This document shows, in pieces, positions 12,356 to 26,354 of a stretch of DNA of 64,000 nt (its first letter is position 1; each line of letters begins with the position of its first letter). The stretch is from Epithemia pelagica (Eukaryota; Protista; Bacillariophyta), in the NCBI GenBank assembly GCA_946965045.2, contig OX337231.1, forward strand, positions 2,108,001 to 2,172,000, given 5' to 3'. Below the pieces are notes generated by a model, which was given only the letters and a program-made list of their open reading frames with translations, did not search any database and had not been told where the DNA came from. A program made the translations under genes and the position numbers.

Positions 12356-13051
12356 GCCAGAGATTTTTGCTTCAACCTTCTGACTTGGGACCACATTGCT
12401 CCAGTTTCTTCTAAAGGCGGTTCGTGGAAACCGTTCTGTCCTTGGAGGATAGTATAATGTTGATAGCGATCCTTGAATCAATGCTTCACTTCTTGTGTAC
12501 ACGCGCTCCTGTTGTCGTGAATCCTGAAACTCGTCCAACGACCATAGCCAAACCATCCTCGAAAACTTTGCCATAAAGGAGTCAGCGTCTTATTTGGATT
12601 TCGTGAAACTCGGCCAGAGTCCTTCTTGGCGGCAAAAGACGCCGTGCGTCCTGTGTGTCGTTCTTGTCACAAGGACCACGCCCGGAAAGAGTCGAAATCC
12701 ATCATAGTTCATGGAGGGCCGTCTTTAGCGTCGACACTTGACATTGCCGCATTTCGACCGTGAGAAGATATATGTAATATGTCATGGTATCACCTATTAG
12801 ACCAAGCCATGCCTTGCTCTTTGTTTCATGCAAGAAAAGTCGCTTGTTCTTCGTTGTATGCAATCACAGTTCACTTTCACAGTTCACAGTCTTCTTCCGA
12901 ATCATCTGCACTCGGGTCGCTTATGGGTAGCTTTTGGTCGGTCGCCGATATCATGCTGGCTTCTTGCCGTCCATTTATTTTTCAGGTCTCCCACCAACAT
13001 CTATTTCGACAGACTTGACGACGACAACTATAGAGAAGAGGATGACAAAGA

Positions 13052-16000
13052 ATGGAGGATGCTACTCATCAACAAGACCATCACAAGCATAAGGAACGAA
13101 AGAGTGGCAGGGGTGCCAAGGAGAAGAAGAAGGACAAACGAGCCAAACAGCAGGGCACACGTGTTGAGCGTCATAATTCACGAGCCTTTGGCGTGTCCAA
13201 TGTAACACGGACCAAGCGCACGATCCAGAGGAATCTGGATCGATCCCAGAAAAAGGAATATGTCCCTCTGGTGGATAAGCGATCCACAGTTACCCATGAA
13301 ACTCCTCCTGCTGTGGTAGTTGTGATGGGACCAGCAGGAGTTGGGAAATCAACCTTGATCCGGTCTCTTGTCAAGCTCTATACCAATCACAATCTTACCA
13401 CAATAACTGGGCCCATCACAATCATTACAGGGAAGAACAAGCGAATCACACTGATTGAATGTCCCAACGATACGGCCTCCATGTTGGACTGTGCCAAGAT
13501 TGCCGACTTGGTTCTGCTGGTGGTGGATGCCAAGTTTGGATTTGAAATGGAAACGTTTGAATTTCTAAACATATTACAAACGCATGGGTTTCCCAAAGTG
13601 ATGGGGGTCTTTACTCATTTAGATCAGTTTCGTACGGCAAAGAACTTGAGAAAAACCAAGAAACTAATGAAACAACGATTTTGGACGGAAATCTATCAAG
13701 GAGCCAAAATGTTTTATTTTTCTGGTGTGATCAACGGCAAATATCTTCGAAATGAAGTCAAGCAACTCCAGCTTTATATATCTCGAGCAAAGGTAAGATT
13801 GTTTATGCAGAACATGTGATCCGATGAAGGTTGTGAGGACGTTTACGATTTTGGTGACTTCTGTCTGAGGTTTCTTGGAAACACTCTGAATGACAATGTC
13901 GTGTTCTTTTGGAGCAAGTCTGAATCTTTGTCGGTGGGACGACCTGATGCTTGGCTTCCACCTATGCAGCGATCTAACTTTATTTCGTATCTGTTTTTGT
14001 CACCCAGTTTCGTCCGTTGATATGGCGGAATACGCATCCATACATTTTGGTCGATCGTCACGAGGATTTGACCAATCCCAACGACATTGAAGAAAATGTC
14101 GATTGCACTCGAACGATTGCTTTTTATGGGTATGTTCGAGGAACATCACTAAAACCATCTGCCAAAGTACACCTGATTGGGGTCGGTGATTTCGATATTG
14201 CCGAAATGAGTCTTTTGCCAGATCCCTGTCCCATGCCCCAAAAAGAACAGGAACGCACGTCACTCGACAAGAAGGACTCCCTCATATTTGCCCCCCTTTC
14301 TAATGTTGGTATGGTGGCATTTGACAAGGATGCTGTGTATATTGATATTGGACGGGTCAACTATACCAAGAAGGAAAACCTGGCCTTGACGGCTCGTGCG
14401 GGTGAGCAACGCGAGAATGAGGGTGATGGAGAGGAGGGCAAAGTCCAGAATGACGAAGAAGAATCCGAGCCTGATCTCAACACCCCTTCAGGCCTCTTGA
14501 AGAGCCTACAAGATGTTAATGCGAGTGTTGATGAAATGATGGACAAATCTTCCTTGCGAATATTCAAAGGGAGTAAAGCTGTGAAGGGTAGCTTGCGAGA
14601 TGAAAGTGATAGTGATGACAGTGATGATGCTGATTCGGACGACGAATCTGTTGACTCAGCGGGGGATGAAAGTGCCTCCGAGGAGGAAGATGCAATCGAA
14701 AATGATAGAGCGCAGAATGCTCCCGGTCGTATCGGAAGGAAGATGGTTCTGGAACCAGACCAAAACAGGGAAGCATCTGAATCAGATTCAAGCAGCGACG
14801 ACGATGATGATGACGATGACGACGACAACGACAACGATGCAAATGATTCGTCCGATGATTCTGACTCACAGAGTAGCGAGGAAGGTGAAAACAATGACAA
14901 CGTCAATGCCCGAGAAACGGCGACGAGCTCTCATGGCAAGGGCAAAGACTCGGGACAAAATTGGAAACTTGGAATATCAGAGCGAGCTAGGGAATCTTTT
15001 CTTGAGCGACAATCAGCATCAGTGACATTACAGCAACTTGTTTATGGGAAACCAGGGGTAAATACTATCACTGAAGATGATGAGGGCGACGGCCAAGAAT
15101 CTTCTGGTACCGATGATGATGACGATGACGAATTCTTTAAATTGAAACAACCACAGCATAGGAGGGAAAGGTTGTCAGGATCGCAATCTTCGTCATCGCC
15201 CGGCCACTCCTTCAACTTGGACGAGAATGACTCTTCCAGAACCATCCACTCAAATGTCGTAAACGAGTTTGATGTCGCTCCGTGGCTCGAGGAAGGTGAG
15301 GACTGTTTGCTTGAATCAATCCGTGACAAGTTTGTGACAGGGAATTGGGACACAAACGATTCAGAGGAGGAAAATAATGGAGAGTTTGAAGATCTAGAAA
15401 CAGGCGAAAAGTTCGGTATGCCTGAAGAAGGAACAATGTTGAAAGACGATGCCGATAATGCAACTAGGGGGATGACGGACGAAGAACGCCGCATGTACAT
15501 CGCTGAACAGAAAGCAGGCAAGAAGGGAAACTTTGATGCGGAATATGACGAGACGAAGAAGCAATCTGGGGTGACGAAAAGCAACAAGCCAGACGCCGAA
15601 AACGAATACCTTGAGGCGTTGAAACGAGAGAAGGAAGCTAGGTTGGCCCGGAATCAGGCGGAGTTTGGAGAAGATGGGGATCGCTCGAGAATTCGACACG
15701 AAGGATATCGACAAGGAATGTATTGCCGCGTGGTGATTAACTCAGTTGCAGCATCATTCGTGTCGTCGTTTGATCCGAATAAGCCCCTCGTTCTGGGAGG
15801 ACTCACTCCACAGGAAACAAATCTTGGCCTCACACGGTGCCGATTAAAGAAACACAGATGGCACAAGAAGATCTTGAAGTGCAAGGATCCATTGGTGTTT
15901 TCAATTGGATGGAGAAGGTTTCAGTCAATACCAGTGTTCTCCACTGAGGATCAAAATGGTCGTTTGCGATACCTAAAATATACGCCTGAACATATGCATT

Positions 16001-16893
16001 GTTTGGCGACCTTCTACGGACCACAGACCCCTCCCAATACAGGTTTTGTCGCCATACAAAAGCTCTCTGGTAACTCTGCCGGTTTCCGCATTGCTGCAAC
16101 CGGAGTCGTCTTGGAGCTCGATGCGTCATTCCCAGTCGTGAAAAAGCTCAAGTTGGTCGGTACGCCCAGCAAAATCTTTAAGAATACTGCGTTTGTGACT
16201 GGTATGTTTAATTCAGAACTCGAGGTTAGCCGTTTCGAAGGTGCCAGCATTAAAACAGTGAGTGGAATACGAGGACAGGTGAAAAAGGCTATTCGGGAAG
16301 GTCAACCTGGCACGTTTCGGGCCACGTTTGAAGACAAGATCATGGTATCCGATATTGTGATATGTCGGACATGGATGCCAGTGGATATCCCCAGATATTT
16401 CAACCCTGTATCCAACCATCTTTGGAAAGAAGGAGTGGACGGATGGAAGGGCGTGAGGCCAAAAGCCCAGTTGCAACTGGAGACCAATACACCCATTGAA
16501 GTGAACCCTGACTCCATCTACAAACCAATTGAACGACCCGAGCGGCGTGTCAAGAAGCTCAAGATCCCGAAGAGATTGGAAGAGTCACTGCCATTTGCCT
16601 CAAAACCAAAGGTTGAAAAGAAACGACGAAAGGATGGATACTTGAAAAAGCGTGCCGTTGTTATGGAGAAAGATGAGCGTAAAAAGTTGACCTTTGTACA
16701 AGCACTCAACACAATTCGAAACGAAAAAGTGTCCAAACGTAAATCGAAGAAGGAAGAACGCGCTGAGGCCAAGGGCAAGGAACAAGCGAAGATCGATCAA
16801 GCGAAACTGGAGGTTCACATGATGAACAAGAAACGAAAGTACAGAGAAGCAGGGAAGCGTGAACAAGCCCGTCAGAAAAAGATGAAAACCTAG
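13052..16893 (+). CDS. BMS1: Ribosome biogenesis GTPase BMS1 (intron 13793..14007)
   Basis: [37 protein letters not shown]; splice restores [13 protein letters not shown]; C-terminal [32 protein letters not shown]. Confidence 0.97.
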
Positions 16894-17277
16894 TGCTTCA
16901 TGATGAGATCCCCTCTAAATCCGCGTCTCTTTAGAACCACTGTCTCCGACGAGGGCAGTCTTTGATCCATGAATAGGGTTGCTTGGTCATCGTGCTTTCT
17001 GAGTTTCTTCTTTCGTTCCCGTTACCCAGACTCCTCTCTAAAGTGACAGGCGACTGGGATGCTCCTCTAGTAGCTCTCTAGGGAGGAGTATTCAACACAG
17101 GAGTAGGTAGCTGCATTTAATACTCATCAGTTACGTACATCTCTTAGAAAGACTTTCTCAAACTTTTGATCTTGTCAGAAACGCGAAAGTTTCCCATTCC
17201 TCGGAACGAGATTTTCGAGCGACAGTTTCGGATGTTTTGATGCGACGCAATGAAATTTTCCGTGAACAGATCATGCA

Positions 17278-20200
17278 ATGGACCAAGAGAAAGAGTCTCC
17301 CGATGTGCAAGGACTTCCCGTGAATCGGAAACGTGATCGATCGTCTGCTGGTCACGATGGCGAATCCAATGACAACAGTGACAACCCGAAATCCGCGACC
17401 GCTTTCATGGATCCAACAGACAAAAGCGGCGGAGTGTCAAACGACGACATGAAAGAACAAGAGGATGATGAAGACGACGCAGAAGATTGGGAAGATCTGA
17501 AGGATACCAATGTCGTGGTGGATGAAGAATTGTCGGATTTTGAGAAAGAAGATGAGGCGCGCGATGAGCCCTCAGATCAGCAGCAACCAGGATCTGGAAC
17601 TGCTCCGGCAGAAACTGTGGAGCCTTCGTACAAAAAGTTTGGATCCATCCCGTTTGCCTTGTTGACGAAGCGTTTGGAGCAGCTGTGGCAAAGAAAAACG
17701 ATGAAGAAAGGGAACAAACGGAACAAAAAACCAATTACATTGCAAGATATGCTTCTGAACCTTTTACCCCCGAAAATGTTACATACGTATTCCCAGCATG
17801 CACCGGGGGAATTGCCCGAATCCATTTTCCCCTTACTTCGCTTGCTTTGTCCAGAAAAGGATGGTGCGCGTCGTACGTTTGTCAAAGAAATGACCCTCGC
17901 CAGGGCCTACATCAAAGCATTTGGTTGGTCCACTGACAAGAAGGAATCTAGGAAACTGCTCAACTACACAGACCCAGCATTCGTGGGGACTGTTGGTGCC
18001 GGAGATTTTTCAGTCGTTTTGCAACAGGTCTTGTCCGGAGACGATCCTAATCTTGCTCGTGTGTCGAATGAACCGTCCAAAGTCACGCTTACTCAGATCA
18101 ATCAAGCATTGGATGATTTGGGCAGTTTAGCAGATAAAACAAGCCGAAAGACAAACCATGATTGGAGACAGTCCCGTGACAAAGGAAAGAAATCCCAGGA
18201 TAAACCCCTGAAAATCGGTGATCTCCGTGCCAACTGGGTTCGGCGGTTCTTAAACGTCGGGGATTTGAGACTGTCGCCCTTGGAACATAAGTGGCTGGCG
18301 CGTATCCTTATGGAACGAATGCAGTTTGGAATCGGATTCGACAAGTTGCTAACATGGTACAATCCTTTGGGTCCTGCCATGTGGAGTGGGCACAACTCTC
18401 TCAAGGCTGTGTGTAACGCATTGTGCCAACCCGCGGTGGCGGAAAAGATCAAGGCGGCAGCCGAATCTGAGAAGAAAGAGGAGGACCGAGATCTCACTGT
18501 TGCTCCTTACTTGACAATGTCGGCTAGTGGCGTCCAACTGGGCAAGAACTTTACACCCATGTTCTCACAACGAACGAGCTTCCAAAGGTCTGTGAATGAC
18601 ATGAAATTTGTCTCGTGGAGATGCCTTTCTAATTAGTTCTTATCACCCGTTTGATTGTGCAGAGTTATGACCGACGTATCAGGCAGACACAATGAATACC
18701 TCAAGAACCCCGACTTTGGTCGGCTAGGTGCGAGAGGACAAAGCTCCCCTGCACTGAAGTCATTGGCAATGAAGCATCCTGTCTTCTCTATCGAGACAAA
18801 ACTAGATGGAGAAAGAATGTTGCTGCATTACCACCGAAACGGCACACTTGTCAAGTTCCACTCGAGACAAGGAATTTGGTTCAGGTAAGTAATGTTACAG
18901 CAGGGCTTCAACAGACAATAAACCAAGTCTTTCAATATGTCCTGACTTTACCCTTCATCATTCCAGCAACCTTTATAGCCCAGTTCTCGGGCCCGCAATT
19001 CGGCGCGCGATGGAGGAATGGGACATGGACATTATTCTAGATGGAGAAGTGTTGGCCTGGGATAATGCAAAGAAAGAAACAGTACCTTTCGGAAACAACC
19101 GGACAGTTGCTAAACTCAGGCGCCAGTGGATGGGATCACAAGGACTTCTCGATGAACGCGATCAAAATGTTCACCAGGGAGAAGTGGACATAAGGGAATA
19201 TCCAATGAAAATGGACTTTGCAAACAAAGATGCACTCTTTCCTGACCTTGCAGGACGTGATTGTTGGCTGCAGTTTATCGTATTCGATGTTCTTTATGTA
19301 GATGGACCGAGAGCTCAAGAGTTCCTCGCAACTACGGTTTCGCCTTTCCTGAAGGTGGCACCTGGATCAATTATTAGTCTAGATGGCTTGGAGCGGAAAA
19401 AGATTCTCTACCGACTCATCAAGAAACAAGTAAACGAAGTCGAAGTTGTGTTGACCACGATCGTGCGGCCAAACGGAAAGTCTGCCGATGGAGAATCTTA
19501 CTTCTCGTTTGAAAATCCTTTGAAGGAGTTGGGCCATCCAGCCCATGCTCTCGACTCAATCACAGGTGCCTTCCATCGGCACATTCCAAACCTTTCTGAG
19601 ATTGACGTTACGAGAAGGGGAGCATTGTCAGACGAAGAAATAAGTCAAGCCCGTGCTGATTTGATCAATGAACACTACTCGTACATTGTCGAAAATTTGT
19701 TCTTGGAAGGGCTACTGTTCAAAGATCTATCCACTCCTTACGTTTTGGACAACATATCAAGGTTGCTTTCTTACTGGCGGAAGTTCAAGCCTGATTATTT
19801 CAACGGCGCAGCAGCGTCAGACCTTGACCTTGTTGTCATTGGTGCATATTTTGCGGTAAGCTGAACCTAATCTTGTCTTTAGCCGTCAATTTGATCATTC
19901 TCGCCATCTAACTTCCGTACAAAGACTGGACTGAGGCATTCGGGTCGACCGTCATCTTTTCTCTGCGCTTGCATCGATTCAAACGACGATAATCTGTTTT
20001 ATCCGTTCTGCAAGGTGAACGGCGGCTCACTTGATTTCAACGATTTGAATGCTTTCCTTGAGAGGACTGAGTTCAAAGCTGCGACGTCGGACTCTGCCAT
20101 CGACTACGGGAAATGGTTTCGTATCGAAAGTATTGATGAGCTACCACCCTTTGTCACCACTCATAGCAATGTAGGAGAAGGGAAACCATGGCGACCTGGA

Positions 20201-21673
20201 AAGAAGGATACCCCGGACCTCTGGATAGACCCTCGTAACTCTGCTGTTGTTACACTGAACGCTGGAGAAATCGTTTTCAGTTCCGCGTTTCCCGTCGGAG
20301 TTACGCTTCGCTTTCCTCGAATAACACGCCTTCGATTCGACAAAGATCCTGATGAGATTGAAAGCGATACGAGTTTATGGGACCTCTACAACAAGGTCGA
20401 AGCAGAACGTGCTCAAGGAGCCAATTCGTTTGCTCCATTGAGCGGAGATACAGGTTCAAAAGCCAAGTTCAAGAGATTCCTTACTGAATCACAGTACTCC
20501 AAACACAAGAGGAGCAGTGCTACACGGGTCCACCAGAAAAAGAGCCTCTCCGTAGCAATCGCGGCGAATCCACAGCATCGGAAAAGCAATGCTTTTCTAG
20601 GATTGTCATTCTGTGTACTCAATGGAAACTTCTCTCTGGAATCTTCGATGAAAGCTTTGGTGTCTACGGAAGAGGGATGGATTAAATCTGCTTCTGCTGT
20701 CAGAAGCAAGGTAGATGTGGAAAGTTTCGTCAAGGAGCATGGTGGGAAAGTAAAGATTTCGCCCGATGAAGAGTGTTTCGTTCTTGGTGGGAGAAAGAAT
20801 GATGTCAGTGTTCGACTACACATTCGGGGTATTGAGTCGGCACGGGAACTAACAAAGCACAATGAGAAAGCAACAACACAGAAGGCACTGAAATACCGTA
20901 AGATGGCGAGTCATCGGGGAGTTCTGCGGTGGACTTTCCCTTTCTCGCTGCTGTCAAAGTGGAGTACTCTCTCAAGTGAAGGAACAATAAAGACGGTTGC
21001 TCCTCAGCTTCTCGTCACGAACACTCTGGACTATCTGTCACAGCCGTCTCCGCAGCATCAAGCCGACCTGCTTCTTAGTCTCGGAAGAATGGACAATGTT
21101 GTCATGATGGAACAAGCACTGGAATTCACCGGAGAGTTGTTGCCTGATGGCAAGCGAAATAAGAGCTTCCCCTGGTACACAGCAACTTTGTCCGCTATGG
21201 AACAAAAGGACATCTGGGTTTTATTTGCTGGACACGGTCATTCAAACAATCCACTCGTGGTGCGCTATCCCACGGATGATCCTTTGAACAGTGGACGGCT
21301 TGTGATCTACCCTGACATATTTCCTCTGCGTGCACAAGAAACAGAAAGCTCGACCGATGTATGGAAAACGGTCCTACCTAGATGTGAACAGATTCTCGCC
21401 ATTATTCCTCTTATCAGAGTTTACGGCGCAACTGTTGCTACGCAGCTCAGCTCCTCTGTAACACATCTTGTTTGTGACCTTCCAGGTCATGTACACTTCA
21501 TGTTCGATACTACAAATGACGACACGGACAGAAAAGAAGCTAAAAAATCAATTTTGGGACTCAAACGAGGCCCTTCATTGTTGCAACGACTCAACTTGCT
21601 ACATCCAATGAAGGTCTGGATTGTTTCTCCCTCATGGGTGAGGGAGCTCGGTCGGTTACGTTGGGGATGCTAG
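17278..21673 (+). CDS. LIG4: DNA ligase IV-like ATP-dependent ligase (introns 18588..18662, 18885..18966, 19856..19924)
   Basis: IETKLDGER adenylation motif, ILDGEVL, FIVFDVL, EGLLFKD, WRKFKPDY, DLDLVVIGAY, TLRFPR, plus two C-terminal BRCT-like segments. Confidence 0.92.
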
Positions 21674-21858
21674 TCTATTGATTGCATTTATCTAGTGTTT
21701 AAGAGGAGCAAGTCTGATAAAGTCAGTTCTTATTAACCAAACAACCGTGGATCTCATTAGGAATACTACAAATATTATTCAATGTCTGTATTGCAGACCT
21801 GGAGCAGTTAACAATTGATCGCCAGACATGATCCCAACACGAAATGACCAACACCGAA

Positions 21859-24800
21859 CTATACATCCAATGCCGTTGCGTTTAACGATTTACAGCGAAT
21901 TGAATTCAGTACGCTGCCGATTCCAGAACGCGGCTCTGTTGATGGACGCCTGGGAGAAAACTGGTTATGTGAAACTCTATGTCCGTTGTGGTTTCGATTC
22001 ATGCGTCGTCGGGCTGCACGATCTTGCGCTATTGATTGTTCGACGGATGTTTCCCATTGGTCGCAAAACGCGGACAAGATTCGGAATACGTCTGGAGCTT
22101 GTATTTCATCCTGTTGTTCTTCGCCAAAAAAGTTCAACAAAGTCGAATACGACTGCTTCAGCTCTTCCATTTCGCGATAAACTGACGCCATCTTCAAACA
22201 GGCATCCAACGCGAACCTCCCAATGGGTGAAGATTGCATTAGTTCTACTTCGACCTCTGTTGACGACGCATTGCCTCCAATCCGCAACGCCATTTGACGA
22301 ATATCAGTGATGCGTGCATCCATACTGGCCACATCCTCCTTCATCTGTTCCATATCAACTTTTTGGGCCCTTCGCAACGATGGGAGTTCGTCTCGAAGCT
22401 GCACCGAATCCGGCGAGTTGCGATGTAAGATCCGGGCCACATACTCGAGAAATGTAGTCTTCCGATCAAATGCCTTTCCTTGGCTCAATCGCGAAAGAGA
22501 CTGGAGCCGGATCGCAGAAGCTCTAGGCTTTGGAGACTGTCCTGCCGTGTTCAAACGATTGCCAAGTTCCAACAACAAGCCAAGCAACGCACGAAGACGA
22601 GTGGAGCTCATCAATTCCTCGCATGACTTTTGAACAAGCCGAGAATCTGAGGGAGTTTGTAGTGAGCTTACACCGGGAAAAACACTTAAGACAAACTTCA
22701 AAAGACTTACCATTTTTCAATCCATCAATCACCACGGTAAACTGCTTCATAAACAGCATTGCATCAAGCTTTTGCTTCGCTTGTCGCACTCCAAGCATAG
22801 CTGCCATGAACTTTTCGCATTCTGACTTCAACATATGCTTCCCTCCGGCTTTTGAAATGTTGTTCCTCAGCTTCTCCTCTTCCTCGGCAGTTGGAAGTAA
22901 AGGCAGTAAAGCTCGGATCTGGTCTGCTGTAAGCGCATCATAGTCAAACCCATCAATTGCCTTGGCAATATCATGGTGCGACAGCTTGATTCGGGCAAGG
23001 ACAATTCCTCCGTTGTTTGCTCTTTTGGCGTCGATTACTGTCGCTCCGAGCTTGCCCTCTTTCTTCACATGCCTCTTAAGCAATGGGTCCTTTGCTTCTT
23101 GAAACAGGCGATTGTATTCTTCAAGATCCAATTGCATGTTTCCGCTGGTCCAACGATTTTCACGCTGTACCATTGCCCAAACAGTGTTCGACCTGACATT
23201 GTCATGAGGTTCCCAATGAACGCGGAAACGGCGGTATGGATCAACCTCGGGTTTCGTGGCACCTGGAGAACTTGAAGGTCTCGATTTTATCGGAGGGCTT
23301 GACGATTTGTCCAGAGCACCAGGGTCAATTCCATCGCGGATCATGGCATTTAGGACTGCTCCTTCGGGGAGCCCCATTTTCAACATTTTGGTGTATTTTT
23401 CTGGAAGTGGACTTTCCATGTCTGTGGTAAGAGCGCTCACGGGCGTCGAGAGGGTATTCTTGACTGCAACTTTGGGTTTTGTAGGAGTGATTTCGCTTAG
23501 TATAGGCTTGCTCTGTTGCTGGTGTACCATTTGGTATCGACTTTGCAACAACGGTCCAAGCAATAAAGGCGCGTGTCGTTTGCTCTCCGCCGCCTCATGT
23601 CCACCTGGTTTTTCGATACTTGGTTTGTTGTTTCCTGACGACGAACTATCGCTCCCAATTTTCCGTTGTGTTTGGGTTTTTCGCTGTAGCGGTTTTGGTG
23701 CTTGAGTGTTCTTTCTGAACTCATTATTCCAGTCAAAAGGAGGTTGTGACTTTAGCTGAGGTGCCACTGACCCGGACACGTCCTCTCTGCTCTGTGCATT
23801 CCATTCAACACGAGAACCGTTTTCTTGGAAACTACCTTGAAACATGTCTTTACTTCGGGGTGCTTCCGACACAAACCCCGATGACCTAATCTTCGATGGT
23901 GCCAAGTGTCCAGTGAAGGGTTTGGTTGCCGACGGTCTCGCCACTAGATCCGGCTTGGTCGTCTTGAAGGGATCAGCGGTAAAATCAATCCATGAATCAC
24001 CATCGGACCAAGTGTCACCCGAAAAGGACGGTTCCAAGGCACTTGTCTGTGGACGGACTTCTGAAACGCGTCGTCGTTCCACATCAATGGGGGCTGGTAG
24101 GCGTGGATCCGCAACAGGGGGACGGACAAAGTCTTCTTCGGGACGCATGACAAACCCATGGACAGCAGATGCCCATGGGGTAGGGGCCATGGGTCGATCA
24201 CGCACTGTAGTAGTGCCAAACGAAGGAGCAGGATTGCCAACCACTGCATTATCCAACACCGACTTGTTCTCGATACGACCAGTGTTCATCTGGTGTTCGT
24301 CAAACCAATTCGAAGTGAGCGTCGATGAGGAACTCTTGGAAACGACACTGGCATGATCACCAAACAGATTGCCATGGTCGTGACCGAATTCCGGTGGTTC
24401 CAATTCATGTCCCAGGTTTTCCACGGCAGCTTCATCCGTCGATTTCACCAACTCCAGATCGAAATGAAACGACTCGGAGGAAACGCGACCATTCAACGCA
24501 TCCATTGTTTCACTGGTAGCTGTGGTGTTGGTTTCATTTTTGGACAATTGTGGACTGTGGAACGGGTGTTGCAACTGTCGGACTTGTTTGTGCGACAATT
24601 GGAATTTCTTCAAGGGACTTTGAAAGGTTCGCAACGAGATTCGATCTTGTAATCCAGGAGTGACTTGATCGTCACGCGCATCCTCATTGGAAGAATGGGC
24701 CGGGTCACATTCCACGGGTGTTTCCGGCATTCGACGAACCGAACTGTAGCGACTGTGATCTTCATTTTCCTCCAATAAGGCCGTGGCAGAGACCTCTGGC

Positions 24801-25450
24801 TGATGTTCCTTCTTTCCGCCGCCTTGAAATCGTTGCAAGAGTCGATGGCCTGGTGACGAACGAAACTGAATCTTTGCCAGACGAAGGGGACTTTGAAATG
24901 CCGAACTAAACTTCTTCTGAAGTGTTTTGACAGGTCGCGGTTCTTCTCCTTCTTGGATCTTGTCACGGCTGCCCTCGAAATCGTCGTGCTTCTTTTCTTC
25001 ACCTTCCCATGCGGGGTCGAGAACCTTTTTGGATTCTTGTCTTGCCGTTGGATTCAAAGCGCTGGATGGCTTTGGTACAGGATTGAGCGGTGTTTCGGAG
25101 GACGTGGACACTGTGCTACTGGTCTGTACGGGAACGACATCGGCCCCTTCCACCAGCATGGTGGTCTTGGCGGGTGGAGGCCAAATGGCATGTAGTTTTT
25201 GGACCCGTTTCGGGGAGCGTCGACGGGGGTTCTTCATCATGACAGATGCCGCCGTTCGCGTCTCGTTGTTTGGTTTGGTAGTATTGGATCGCAAACTGGC
25301 AAGGTTGGACGCCGCAGAATTCTGTTTCAACCTCCACGAAGTTGTGGGCTTGGTACAAGGAACGGGGTTTCGTTGATTGAAATGCTGGATACCACCACTA
25401 CTTCCATGGACTGTGGAGGCGGATGTTTTGTGGAGATTGTAGAGACGCAT
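21859..25450 (-). CDS. Formin (C-terminal FH2 domain), one intron near 22640-22710
   Basis: RVHWEP..TVW, VIDAKRANNGGIVLARIK, CEKFM, LGLLLELGNRLN..ASAIRLQSLSRL..DRKTTFLEYV; also a KYTKMLKMGLPEGAV motif. Confidence 0.92.
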
Positions 25451-26068
25451 CGTCCAAACACCTTGAGTTGGATGGCACGCTTGGAGAGAGCGACGTCCTC
25501 AAAAATTTGGTTGGATTCAGATACCAGAATCACAAGGAGTTGAATTCTGGATCAATGAGAGAGGGCCCTCCTAAACAATCACTCGGTTCTGGCTCTTGAT
25601 GGACGGATCCGAAACCAACGAGATGATCCACAACGACGTAAGGAAAAAGTAGAGCAAGGAGCAGCAATCAAGGACAACTCCCACCACTGCTGGTTTTCTC
25701 TCCAATGAGAAGCTTGTGAGATGAACACTCGTTGCTCCACAGGAGAGAGCTTTGGTGATCGACCCAACTACCTATATGTGTTCATGTGGATGTTGGAGTT
25801 GATCTCGCTGTGGGAAGCAGGCATGTTCGGAAGAGGTTCATATCTCGATCGACCACTCTATCCAAGTATCGGAGACGGAGACGGCGACTTCGCTCGCTGG
25901 TGCGTTCCATCGTGAAGGAGTCTCACGGTCCGTGCTGTTTTTTTTTTCTGCGGACCTCGTCGTCGGAGTGATCTATACTCCCATTAGCTCTCGCACCAAT
26001 GGCAATGGGGGGTCTCGGTGGCAGTTCCTTCGTTATCCCCCAACGAACTCCTCTTCTCTCGCGTCCGT
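25115..26068. repeat. Direct duplication copy 1 (formin 5' end plus promoter)
   Basis: Aligns by eye with 29013-29913, from GCTACTGGTCTGTAC to TCTCGCGTCCGT, with small indels. Confidence 0.9.
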
Positions 26069-26354
26069 CGTTAAGTGCGATCTAAATACCTCAAAACGAC
26101 CCCCGCTTGGGGGTACACGCGCGCCGTATACACGGTGTTGTAGGCGTGTAGTGGCAGAAAAATTCGTAGGAGTAACTCCATCTCCATCAAGATACCCTAT
26201 AATATGTCGAACACGTCGAGTATCGAGTGTTATTGTTCATTGTTCATCGAGAATCGAGACTCGAGACGCAGCAAATCTGACAGCGCGGCCAATCAAGTTG
26301 GTTTTGAGAGAGTAAGAAGAGCATTCGTTGTATGTGTACATCGTACACTTTGAT

